Below are positions 25,501 to 39,100 of a DNA stretch of 64,000 nucleotides, piece by piece (the first letter of the stretch is position 1; each line of letters begins with the position of its first letter). The notes below the pieces were generated by a model. The model did no database searches, was not told the DNA's origin, and saw nothing but the letters and a program-made list of their open reading frames with translations. The stretch lies in the NCBI RefSeq assembly GCF_006345805.1, contig NC_043019.1, positions 26,225,360-26,289,359 on the forward strand, in the 5' to 3' direction. A program made the translations under genes and the position numbers. This DNA comes from Octopus sinensis. Its lineage: Eukaryota.

Positions 25501-28500
25501 CAATGTCATTTTAAAAATATGAATAAATAAGCATCACATTTGTGAGAATAATCTGAATGCTAAAGGGCTATGAAGTGTGACAGTCATTTTAAGAGCAGAA
25601 ATACATTCTCACAAATCCAAGACACATTACTTGTGAATTTCTTAAAACTTTTTCTTAGTTGAAAAAACAAAGCTTTAATGGACTTCTGTTTTGAATGAGC
25701 AGAGTTTAATTATAAAGGCAATCCAATTTGAAGAGAATGGAAACATATAAACCATGTATACTACATGGGCTACAATATTAAAGCTAACAAGAAGGGAAAT
25801 CACAAAGTTGTAAATTCTATCCAAAGTGATTAGTGTTAATCCTACCTGTCCCATTCGGCAGACATGAACAAACATCATAACGTATGCATGAGCAGCAGAT
25901 AAGGAGTGTAATAGAGGTGTGGCTTGAGGGCAGTAGATAGCATCAGGAATGTTGGCAGCTAAGGCAAGTTCTCGAAGGAGGAGAGAACCACCTGGACGAG
26001 GCAATGGCTTGTGGAAGTTTTCTAAACTTTCTAATACTTCATTCAAACGAAGGAGACCTTGCTTTAACACTTGTGGCTCTCTTGATAAAGTCTGCAAAAT
26101 TGAAATGAGAAAACATTGGAATCAATCAAGAAATTTAAATTTCAACTGAAATAATTTGTTTGAAACACTAAATATCATGCAATGATTTTATTCTTCAAAA
26201 TATATGTAAATAACTAAAATTTTAAGAGACAAAAATTATTCTAAATCGTACACATTCACGAGAGACAGTTTAACCCTTTTGATACAAAACCGCTGGAGAC
26301 CACCCCTAGTTCTATGATAAACATTAATTTTAATGTAATCTAAATTAAACCTTGCATCAAAATTTCATGCTAACATATATTCCAAATTTGAGCTGAATAA
26401 ATTCTATTAAAATCATTATTTTCAAAATTAATTGACACAAAAACAGTACATTGCAATGCAAGGACAGCAACAAGAGAGTTAACCTTTACATGAACGTAAA
26501 TATAGCCAGAGTGAACCACCTGTGTTTTGATTAATTAACAAAATTTTGAGAGGAAGTTAGTAAAATAAACATTCTTTTCAATTATCAGTATGCTAATTCA
26601 GTGTGGCAAAAGCCTATAAAAGTCTATTTGTCCTTCAGCAATTATAGAATTGCAATCATGGATAATGCAAGTTTGGTAGAGAATAAAAAATATAGGTAGA
26701 AGATGGTTGTGTAGTTAAGAGATTTGCTTCATAATCACAAGACTTCAGGTTCAATCTCACTCCACAACACTTTCGATAACCCTGAGCCTTCTAAGGAAAT
26801 TTGATAGAACCTGAAAGAAGATTGTGTGTGTGTACACACGCAGGTCTTTGTATGAATGTTTACAAAACTATGCTAGAAAGGATTGTGGATGATGACATCC
26901 CTGTTTGCCGTTCATCTATAATCAACGTTATTATTTATAGGTGAGTTGTAACCAATGACATTTGTTGACAAAATCCATCCACTATCTCTTGGTGCTTGCA
27001 ATTTCGTCTGGAATAAAAACTCCCTTATTTGAAAAGCAAAATGGCTGGGAACAGAAGATGCACTCAACCATCAAAGTCTTGCTTCAAAACTTACTTCCAT
27101 TTGAGCCACGCTAGCACAGAAAACATATTAAATGAAACAAAACAAACTATAAACACAAATAGACAGTTTCAGTAAGATGGGACCAGGAGCTGTCAACAGA
27201 AACTGCTTGTAAAAATAAAGATTTTTTTTTTAAAAGATACTAAAGAACTAATTCATAATACTTACCAAGATAGATTTGCAGACACTAGCCACTGCCTGAC
27301 ATGCAGGGGATGTAGGAAAATCAATTGGGAGATTTGGAAGACCTAAAATTCCCATCAGAGGGGTGAGACCTTTCTGTGTAACAAATTCACGACAATGATC
27401 ATCTGTTGTATTATTGCTGAGGATAGCTTCCACAAATTTCATCTGAAAGAATATTTCAATATTCACTCATTAAATAGATGGAAATTAAAGCAATAATTAC
27501 TTTATTTTAATATGCTTGCTTTAAGCTTACAAAACCTGACAGCAAAACCCCGGTTTCTGAACAATATAACAATCCTTTAAGATTTACAAATACCACATAA
27601 GACAAAGAAATATACTTACTACATTCAAAATATAGTCTATGAGAGGGATTGCAAGTCTTTCTTGGGAATTTCTAAAAATGCAAAAAGAAATTCAATATAA
27701 AAAATAAGTTAGATAAGAGAGAGAGAGAGAGAGAGAGAGAAGAGAGAGAGAATACTGTTATTAATACTGGTATTGAAACTTTCACGCTATAGTTTCACAC
27801 ATTTTTTTGAACACTACATCGTATTTCACATTAGGCAGTTAACAACATAAACTTGACTAAATTCAGCTTTCTGGTGCAAACCCAAAATTCAGCTTTCTGG
27901 TGCAAACCCAATCATTTACCACTTTATTAATATAGATTTAAATCAAAAATTATCTAACCACTTTCTATTATTCTTTTACTTGCTTCAGTCATTTGACTGT
28001 GGCCGTGTTGGAGCAATCCTTTTAAGGGTTTTTTTTTTTTTTTCAGTCAAAGAAATCAATTCTAAGATATTCTTTGTAAGCCTAGTACTTATTCTATCGG
28101 TCTCGTATGCAAAACAGCTAAGTTATGGGGACGTAAACACACCAACATCACTTGACACTTATCAAACATCCAAGTACATATTACAACTAAAAATAAAGAC
28201 TATTTTATATCCATGTATGTTAGTTAATTTCCAATCATTACACAAATATAACCTAAACCTTCTAATTTTTTTTTTAATGCCAAAATCTCAGATTTTTTTT
28301 ATGTCCACTTTATACAGACTGGCATGGGTTAGGTGTGACATTTCAGATACCAACATGTGCTTGTAAGCAACTAAGTTGCAGGACATAAAGGCCACTGTTG
28401 TTCAAGCAGCGTCATTGTGTAAAGTCACATGGAGACAAACATATACACATACAACAGGCTTCAGAACAGCTTTTCTTGACCAAATTTCCCTCATAATGCA

Positions 28501-30090
28501 TTTGTGAACCTGAAACTATCACAAGCAAAAGGTCATCTGCCCCCTAAAGTGCCATGCAGTAACATACTTGCAAAGTAAACATTTTAATTGCATAACCATG
28601 CCTGCATCTAAGTCATTAATTCAAAACCAGTAAATTTTAAATAAAACAAAAAAAAAAAAAAATTTAACTCACTGTGCCTGTTCAGAAGCTAAGAGCTGCT
28701 TTGCGCCACTACTTTGACTTGCAGTGCTTGCCATATCATCATCGTCTTCATCCTCGTCTGATGAGCCACCGCCATCAGGCGGTTGAGGTGATCGAGGCGA
28801 AGCATTCTGGGATTGCTCAGCTTTTGGTTGGGGTTTTTGACACATATATTTCATATCTCGGCCCATTGCACAAACTTCTTCTAATAGCTGCAAGTAAAAT
28901 ATTCAAACAATTCCAGTAGAAATTTATTTCATAGAAATTTTATAGTAGAAATATATTTTATATTTTTATACTTTATATAGGCATTCAATAATAAATTTCT
29001 AGATTTCACAATTGATGCTTGACTAGCAGAGTAATTAATTTATTGAGGAAAATAACATATTATTCAAGTGTAACAAACCTTTATGGTAGCTTTGGTGGCA
29101 TCTGTTCTCAAAGAAGGCTGATGTCGCATTAATTCATCCATAGCATTGCCCAAATTACTGGCAGTGTCTCCTGAAATACACATTTACCATGTTTATTGAT
29201 AGGATCGTATACAGAAATATTCATAATGTCCCTAAAAGACAGTGATATCATGCTACACAGCTACATATACACAGGTCTCAATATTGTAAGGGATATAGAG
29301 GAAATTGGTAATCAGAACAATCGAGAAATATTTACCAAAAGGATCAGAACTTCTGCGGCGCCGCATTGCTGGTAGATAGTCTTGAGATAGAAGAACTTTA
29401 AATAGTCTGTCAAATGGCCGACACTGAACAAAAGCCTCGAGACCTCTTGCATTCAGGCAAAGTGCACTAAAAACGTTTGGTAAAGCTGCAAGAACTTCAC
29501 GTGTTGCTGGGACCTACAACAGACAAAATTATTTACAGGATTCTTGTGAAAAAGTAAATAGTGCAAAAAAGAGGAAGAAAAGATCAAAGAATGGACATAA
29601 ATTTGAAGAATTTTGGTAGAACTTAGCTGCATCAGCCACAAGTTCAGTAGCAAAATAAATATTCTAGAATGATTCTACAAGATCTTGAGAAATTTTGAAC
29701 CACACACAGAATAAAAAAGGTAAAAGAAAAAGTTAATTTAAAAATAATGATAATGTAACATATGCTCTATAAAAATAATCACAAAATTTCAGCTTGCCAG
29801 GATATGAAGAATCTTTTCTACTCTAGGCACAAGGTCCAAAATTATTATGGGGGGGGGGGGGGAATCGATTAAATCAACCCCAGTATGCAACTGGTACTTA
29901 ATTTATCGACCCCGAAAGGATGAAAGGCAAAATCAATCTCGGCAAAATTTGAACTCAGAGCGTAAAGACAAACGAAATACCGCTAAGCATTTTTGCCCAG
30001 TGTGCTAACGTTTCTGCCAGCTTACTGCTTTAGTTAGCCAGGATATGAAGAATGCAAAACCAGAACCAGTCTATTTTAATGTGTAAACAC

Positions 30091-30154
<64 letters not shown>

Positions 30155-33100
30155 TCATCATCGTTTAGCGTCTGCTTTCCATGCTGGCATGGGTTGGACG
30201 GTTCAACTGGGGTCTGGGAAGCCAGAACGCTGCACCAGGCTCCAGTCTGATCTGGCAATGTTTCTACGGCTGGATGCCCTTCCTAACGCCAACCACTCCA
30301 TGAGTGTAGTGGGTGCTTTTTACGTGCCACTGGCACAGGTGCCAGACGAGGCTGGCAAATGGCCACGAGCGGATGGTGCTTTACACACACACACACCACA
30401 CACACACACATACACATTATTTGTGTAGGAAGACTACCATTGGTTTCACGTCAAGGAACATTTCATTCATTCAAGTCTGTCAGAAAGATGGTGTTAGGCT
30501 TGAATAATTGTTGAGCTATTCCTTAACATGAAACCAATGGCAGCCTTAATACAAAAATAAAGAATACTTATGTAGTTCTAAACACACTATGTTGAATAAA
30601 AGTGTCTTTATCTGGGTCTAAACATCCACACATACAAGTGTATACAAAGTAAGAACACAACAGGATATAAGAGACCTTCAATCTAAATTCACTATTTCCA
30701 CAAACATCTGCAAAGCCACAAAATGAAAATGTCCATGCAACAATTACCATCAAAATTATTTGGTTTTACGAAAACAAAACTGGACAGCCCGAGTGCAGAC
30801 CACTTTATACAAAATATAGAGTTTGAAAAGGTGTTAGGTCTGTTTAGAGCACAACTAGTTTCTTGCGTGGGTGATTAGTAACTTCAGGAGGTGCAATGGC
30901 CCAGTGGTTAGGGCAGCGGACTCGAAGTCATAGGATCGCGGTTTCAATTCCCAGACCAGGCGTTGTGAGTGTTTATTGAACGAAAACACCTAAAGCTCCA
31001 CGAGGCTCCGGCAGGGGATGGTGGTGATCCCTGCTGTACTCTTTCACCACAACTTTCTCTCACTCTTACTTCCTGTTTCTGTTGTATCTGTATTTCAAAG
31101 GGCCGGCCTTGTCACTCTCTCTGTCATGCTGAATATCCTCGAGATCTACGTTAAGGGTACACGTGTCTGTGGAGTGCTCAGCCACTTACACGTTAATTTC
31201 ACGAGCAGGCTGTTCCGTTGATTCGGATCAATCGGAACCCTCGTCGTCGTAACCGACGGAGTGCTTCCCCCCCCCTAGTAACTTCCATACCAATAATGTC
31301 TTCATTACTACCCTATTTTCTGGCATATAAATTGAAATTTGCACACCAAAATTTACAAGGAAAAAAAAATGTGTAGGTTGACTTATTATACATCAGGACG
31401 TCTGAGTAGGACCAAAAATTCCATATGAAACACGGCAGGATTTGGAGAGATAGGGACAATGTCTACACTTTGTTACATCAACTTGTATGCCAGAAAATAT
31501 AGTAGGTTTCTTCAACAACAATAACACTTATTCTTCATAACAACAACCACAGCAATAAAGTGCCTGAAAAAATCTTACATCTTTGGTCAAGAGAGCATGA
31601 AGAACAACATCAGTTAGGCCATTGTCTTGGAGAGATGACAGCAAGGACGGTTCTTGAAACACAAACACTGTGACAACATCAGTAGCTATGAAAGAAAATA
31701 GAAACATTATTAGAGACTACCTTGGTGCTATTTAACAGACATTTGGTTAAGAGGAGATTTAACCAAAGAAATAAACAGGAATCAGCCAAATGTTACTCAC
31801 CTAACAAAAATAAAGATGGTCCGTAATATTCAGCATTGCTTATAATATGCTTGAGAGACTGTGGTAAAGAACCATCCATTACTGAAATTGAAGAGACGAA
31901 AGAAAGTGAAACGAGATGCAAGAAAGTGAAACAAATATCTTAGTTTTTGGGTTGTTTTTTTTTAAATTTATGAATTCAAGAGCAGATGTTTTATGATATT
32001 CCACAATTTAGGGATTCTTTCATCAGCATTATATAAACATGTATGGTGAAGAGGTCCAATAAGACTGGAGTATGCCTAAAGTTCATCATTTTACGTCCAT
32101 CTTCCATGCTGGCATGGATTGAATGGTTTGACAGGAGTTGGCAACATGGAGAGCCACACCAAGCTTCATTTGCCTGTTTCAGTATGGATTCTATGGCTGG
32201 ATGCCCTTCCTATAGTATTTGCCGAAATGATTAAATTCATATTAGACATGAACTGTATTGCATTAAGCTAACACTAACCTAACAAGTTGTCGTTATGTAG
32301 CAGCCAAAAGACATGAAAACAAAAATCTGTTTTTATTTCATTCTTTGCTGAAAATACTTCACTTGTTTTGCTGGTGTCCTTTCAAACAGTTGCACAAATC
32401 ACAACATTTCTTCTAACTTTCCCTTTGAATCTTCTAATTAGGAAGATATTACATTATAATAGATACAGGTGTGGTAAGAGGTTGCTTCTCAATTAAATGG
32501 TCTTGGGTTCAGTCCCACTGTGTGGCATCTTGGGTAAATGTCTTCCACTATAGCCCCAGGCCGACCAAGACCTTGGGAGTGGATTTGGCAGACAGAAACT
32601 GAAAGAAGCCCTCCTCGTGTGTGTGCTTATGTTATTGTCTCATTGCGTTGACCTCATGTCATTGTAAAGAAGTGTCATCTTTATGAAAGGAATGTCCATT
32701 TCCATCTTGCCATGAAGAAATACATCTGGCTGCAGAAAGCCCCCCCCCCCAACAAATCCTGTCCAATCCATGCAAGTATGGAAAAGGGGACATTAAAAAA
32801 CAATGATGATGAGGACTAATTATCCATAGTAATACTTCATTAGCGTGTGGCTTAGTGGTTAAGACATTCAGCTCATGATCACAAGGTCATGAGTTCAATT
32901 CCTGGCAGCTTGTCATGTCTTTGAGCAACATGAAATAGTCTTGCTCCAGTCCATTCAGCTGGCAAAGATGATTTGTGCCTGTAATTAAAAAGGGGCCAGC
33001 CTTATCACATTCTGTGTCATGCTGAATCTCCCTGAGAACTACATTAAGGGGTACATGTGTCTGTGGAGTACTCAACCACTTACACGTTAATTCCATGAGC

Positions 33101-36100
33101 AGGCTGTTTGGTCGATCAGATCAACTGCAACCCTCGTTGTAACCAACGAAGTGTCAGTATACACTGTTAGCCCCATCAAGTTAAAAGTGTTAAGGGATCG
33201 AATAGTACAAGGAAGGATATTTGTAAATTTAATTGAATTCTGAAATATTGCAGGTAAACATGGACAAAAAGAAAGCCATTATTAAACTTACAATGCCTGA
33301 TGCTTTCTGAAAAGGAGCTATCTGGAATAGCTTTCTTCAAAAAATTTAACATAGATTTTAATAATGCAGCTCTTTGTGGGAAACACTGCACGCCTGGAAG
33401 AAAGAGAAAAGAATTGTATCTCTGAGAATTAAGAAGTTAACAATTAGAAGGGTATTCAGCTGGAAAAATAAACAAAACAGAAAACAAATTTACTCCATGA
33501 AAAATTTCTCCACCTAAGCAAGGAAGTAAAATGTTAAAATTCTAAAAATGGCCCCAAAATTTTTTCAATACAAACATATGTAGAAACTTAATTTTGAAAA
33601 TTCAAATTATTTCCAATATTCTTTAGTTAGAAATTCTTCAACTCACCTGGTTTATCCACTTTTAATTCATTGATATCTACTTTGGGTAAAGCATCAGAAG
33701 TGGAAGCTTCTACTCCATCCTGTCGGATGTTATCAGTTTCCATAGCTGATGGGGAATCAGGATTCACATCCATTGAGTTGTCATGGGATTTGGCTGGTCT
33801 GATTACAAAAGGCTGTTCTTTTCTGCAGACATTGACTTCATGCTGAATTATATACACCCAAGAATTAGCTTCATTTCAAAAGGTACCATTTTCTTAAATT
33901 GAGTTTTGTTTACATTTATACGTATTTTTAAAGGGTTGCAATTATTAAAGAAGATATACACTTCAGAATCTTGCTTTCATGTACATTTATAAAAACAAAA
34001 TTCAACCAACTGTTGAAAAACTGTTTTTGTAGCATTACTAATTATTTGCCTTCAATATTTCATTTTACTGTCAAAATTAAATTGAACCCAAAGTCCAAAA
34101 CCATTCTTTGATTGACCTTAAACACAATGTTCACAAATCTCTCATGGCTAGAAGATTTTATCAGGACTGGTGGTGTGATTTTCTCTAGAAATCCCAAAAC
34201 ACATTCTAAGTGTACTTTACCAACTTAAAATTTTAAACATTTCAAAGAGTAAAACTAAAAATATCAATAAACAAGAGACAAAGGAACCAATTCATGACAA
34301 ATACCTCAAGTCTGTTTAAGAATGCATTTAAGCCACCATGTCCTTGGAAAGCAGCCATATCCATATTTGTGATGAGATCAACAACTCTAACAGCACGGGT
34401 TACAAACTGAAATACAAATTTGGGAGATCAATACATGAAGACAATAGCCCCAGACATACAAACTTGCACATGTGTACATAGGTATGTACATGTGCACATA
34501 AAACATGCACAGAAATAGAACAGAAGTTACGATTACATTGCAAGCAGCTTGATCATCAGTTTTCTATATAAATATTTTCCAAACTCTAGAAGGTATTTTT
34601 ATTGTTATAACAACCAAGATTTTGTTTTTTTAATTATTGATTTTATTTATTTGTACACAAGCAGTTTGCTAAAAAATTTTCTTCAGAATACGATTATCAA
34701 AAAATTAGCTTAAACTCAACAGGTGTTATTTACACTATATTCCACAGCAACGATTGATTAATAGTTACTTACAGTGATATGCTCCTGGCCCTCACCATAC
34801 CAATTAATGACTTTTAATAAAGATTCCATCATTCCACAAGAAACTAGGGCCTCACCTCCTGTAAATTGAAGGGAAAGAAAAGGCATTATTACATGAAAGT
34901 AATCAAACTATTATATATTAGAAATTTAATCTGTTTTCTCTGGGAGACCTCAACTGGAAGGTGGGGGTGGGTTTCACTTTGAAATCGAATATTTTTGCAT
35001 ATTGGTATAGACTGAACAGTTTTACAAATCAACTTGAAAACATACATGTGCACGCACACGCACAAATGTGTGCATACATATATACATAAGTATATAGAGG
35101 TGAATATATCGCATGAAAACATAATTATACATAATCATGCCTGTATGATTAAATGTATGTAAACACACCGAAATAAGAATCCCCTAAAGTATACCTATTT
35201 CTTTACTACCCACAAGGGGCTAAACACAGAGAGGACAAACAAGGACAGACAAACGGATTAAGTCGATTATATCGATCCCAGTGCATAACTGGTACTTATT
35301 TAATCAACCCCGAAAGTATGAAAGGCAAAGTCGGCCTCGGCGGAATTTGAACTCAGAATGTAAAGACAGACGAAATACCACTCAGCATTTCGCCCGGCGT
35401 GCTAACATTTCTGCCAGCTCACCGCATCATAAATTGTTCAGCATTACAAAGTTAGTAAAATACTGCATCTCACCATTATACTTATTTAGAGCCAAAAGAG
35501 TGGGTTTTGGGAGGAATTATGTAGCACCAGGATGCAGAAAACAGAACCTTCCATTTTACATATTGTAAAAGTGTTCAGTTTTGAAAATATCAAACATTGC
35601 TCTCAGAAGGTTAGCTTTACATGGAATTTGTCCAACAGACAAATTTATAACTGAGAAATTTTAAAAGAAATATAAAATCTCAATAAAGTTTAGTTAAATA
35701 CAGACCACGAAAGCAATTCTGCACAGAAAACTCTGGAAGGAGGATAGGGGTAAAATATTACTAAAATAATCCTTTCTGCTACAGGCACAAGGCCTGAAAA
35801 TTTGAGGGAGGAGGGGGGGGATAATGAATTACATAGACCCCCAGTGCTTAACTGGTATTTATTTTATAGACCCTGAAAGGATGAAAGACATTGGAATGTA
35901 AAACCAGAAGAAATGATGCTAACAATTCTAGCAGCTTGTCACCTTAAAAATATTACTGAAATAATAAAATGCAAACTCACCACTCTCGTAACTGGCAAGG
36001 TGATAAAGAAAAGAAAACAACGCGGTAGCAAATAGTTGAGGGAAGGGAGTCATGTTAGGATCTGAAAGAAAAAAAATAAAACCATATTTTTCAAAATTTA

Positions 36101-39100
36101 TTTCATCCTTCATTTCAATATCATCATCATCACTTTAGAACAGCACCAAGAATAACAGAATACAACAAAATATTGAAGCAAACAGATGAGGAATACAGAG
36201 CAAAACTAATTTAATTTTGCTCTGAATATAAACAATTACAGAATCCCCATTAAAAGCAAAGCCTCTCTGCATTTTATTTTGACATTGCTTACAGCCAATT
36301 TACATAGCAGCATTTTATTGGGGCCTCATGATAATAGGCAGTAAGGCTGTAAAATATTCTGGTCCAATATTACCATAGCAACAAACTTAAATTATAGCCA
36401 CAAAGCCAAACCATTGGCTACTACTTCTCTCTCTCTCTCTCTCTCTCTCTCTTTTGTGCTTTTTTTTTTTTTTTTTTTTGAGGCAGGCAACACTAATTTC
36501 TGATCTTTGTAGTCACCTGGATTGATCTCCAGTAAACAAGAAGTCTGTATCATAAGACCCTACAATGATGGCATGGTTGCTCTTGGTGAAATTTGAACTC
36601 AAAACAGTCAAGAATCAAGTTTTGCAATCTATTGTCCAATACTGTGAACAATAGGCACTGCTTGTCAGTAAGAGGCTATGGTAATTTCAGCAGAAGAATG
36701 ATGCTGCAAGAATATCATTTTACATTTATTTATTTATTAAGACTGAAGAAGGGTTAACACGAAGCTGACAAAAATAAAGAACTGAACTCAGAAAAATGAA
36801 AAACAAAAGTACTGTCTGTCAGAACAATACAAGACATCAGAAAAAGATAAGCTACATACCTATCATGCGTTGGATACAGTTTCTCACCAATACTGGCAAG
36901 AAGCCATGATATAGAGATGCGCCAGTAGCATCTATTATTGCATTCAATCTAGGAAAGAAAAATGTTCAATAGAGTTATTTTGATTATTTAGGCAACTTGA
37001 AATAACAACGCCAATTCCTTGGGCCAAGAACACTAATAACAAAAGTAATTTCAAAAGGAAATCTAGCCTGGAGCCACCAACACTAATTTCTCATTGTAAG
37101 AGGAAATAGCAGGTAACATTTGCCACAGTAAATTAGCAGCGTAAGTGAAGTTACAGAATCATCTTCATTTAACTCTTTCGTTACTATATTTCTGACCAAA
37201 ATACACCCCTCATGAGTTTCAATTAAATTCCAAGATAATCATTAATTTAGATTGGTTTCATTAAACAACTGTAACTTTTTTATTATCAACATATTAATGT
37301 GATATTTAGAACATAAAGGAAGGGTTCTTAATCAATTCTATTGTATAACTTTTGTCTCAAAGTGACTCTAATTACAGGTAAATCCAGGTAAACTGAGCAA
37401 AAGGTAAAAATATTAAAATTTTGTTTAAACATCACTATAGAAAATGAATCATCAGCTAATATTCAATTGGGTATGCAACAAAATTTTGATATAGAATTGT
37501 GCACATCACTAGATTATCAGTTGAATTTAATGCACAAAAGAACAGGTGTACCATAAAGGTAAAATAAACTGAAATACTGGAATCCACTTAAATCCACCGC
37601 AAGTTTGACCGAACAAAAAAAAAAACGGTCAAAAAATAATATACAGCCCTGTTATGGTATGGAAGTGATAAATTCCAGACCACATGGTCCCCTAGGCCAT
37701 GCTGACTAACATTATTTTCCCCATATAAAAACTAAATCCACGGCAGTACCCAGTATTTGCTTCACAAATTTTCCAAACTTTGATCCCCCATTTTGTGGCC
37801 TTTCCTGGCACATACTGTTTGTTTACATTCTGCGTAACAGTTTGTTTCCGCAGTGATCGCTTCAAACAAGCATACTGAAAAAAATAAATGTCTAATGGTT
37901 TTGCTTCCTAAGAAAGACTACAGATAGACCCCATCTCCTCAGAAAAATTGCTAATAAAAACATTTAAAAAATTTTTAATTCATTCTGATGTAAAATCGTC
38001 TTTGCTGTCGCTATCGCCGCTTTCAGTTTCTTCAGAATCGCTGCTTTCGGTTTCAGATACAGAAATATCCTATTCATTCTCGTACACCACATGCTTTTGT
38101 ACCTCATTCATTCTTTTTCTCGCTATCTCCATATTTTCCGTTGAAAAACCTTTAAATTTGGAATCACTGCCTGATAGCATGAAACTCCTATCCATCATAA
38201 CCTAGATAAGCTAGCTTGTTATGCATGTTCAATGTGTGTGTAAAATAAAGAAGGTTTGAGAGATGAATGTATTTATTAAAGCTGATCGCCATGGGATTTA
38301 GACCGTTTTGTAATCATCATCATGTAGTACAACTTTCAGTTTGCAAGAAATTGTTCCTACACGTTTACATTAATATACATACTCTGCATAATGCAATATA
38401 GTTGCATCTTCACAATTAATGCAAACAGAAATGTCTCATCAAATCACAGGAATGTCATAGTTACATCAACAGTTCCACTCTCACTTGCTATAAATAACTA
38501 TTTTATCTGGTCTGACCATGTTTCAAGTTGATAATTATTTCATATTCTAACAGCCTGTCACACTAAACCGACATGAAATTATGGCTCACACACAAAAACA
38601 ACAAAAATGCAAATTTCTTATCAATATGTCCACTGTATGAGGTGGCTGGGGTTAGGAAAGGCATCCAGCTGTAAAAACTATACCAAAACAGACACAGAAG
38701 CTTGGTGTGGTCTTCTACCTGGCCAGCTCTTGTCAAACCATCCAACCCATGTTAGCATGGAAGGCAGACAATTATTTAAATGATGACGACGATGATGAAT
38801 TTATAAGCATCCAAAATAAAAAAAAAAACATTTCTATTGGGAACAAAAAAGTGAAGAATATAAGATGGGGGAAAAGAAGCTTACTTTGGGTTTCTTTCTA
38901 AATGTATTATTGATGTTAGAGTCCGTAATGCAGCAGCCTTGATATCCTGCAACAAAAACAACCAAACAATTAAGTACATTATATATCTTAAGATAATTAA
39001 TTGAATTAGTTTTTCACAGATATTCAAAACAAAGAAAAGGAAAATGCTGACATTTTAATTTTTAATGTTGAATGCCTTTTACTTCTACCAGATTGAGAAA

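Noticed and set aside
27859-27910. Perfect 26-bp tandem duplication
   Set aside because: A simple slippage duplication in an intron with no further structure; a similar ~50-bp one occurs near 44960-45065.
30886-30960. tRNA genes at SINE heads (also 44006, 55537, 16628)
   Set aside because: A and B boxes are present, but the heads run directly into SINE bodies with TSDs and show no intact acceptor stem or terminator.
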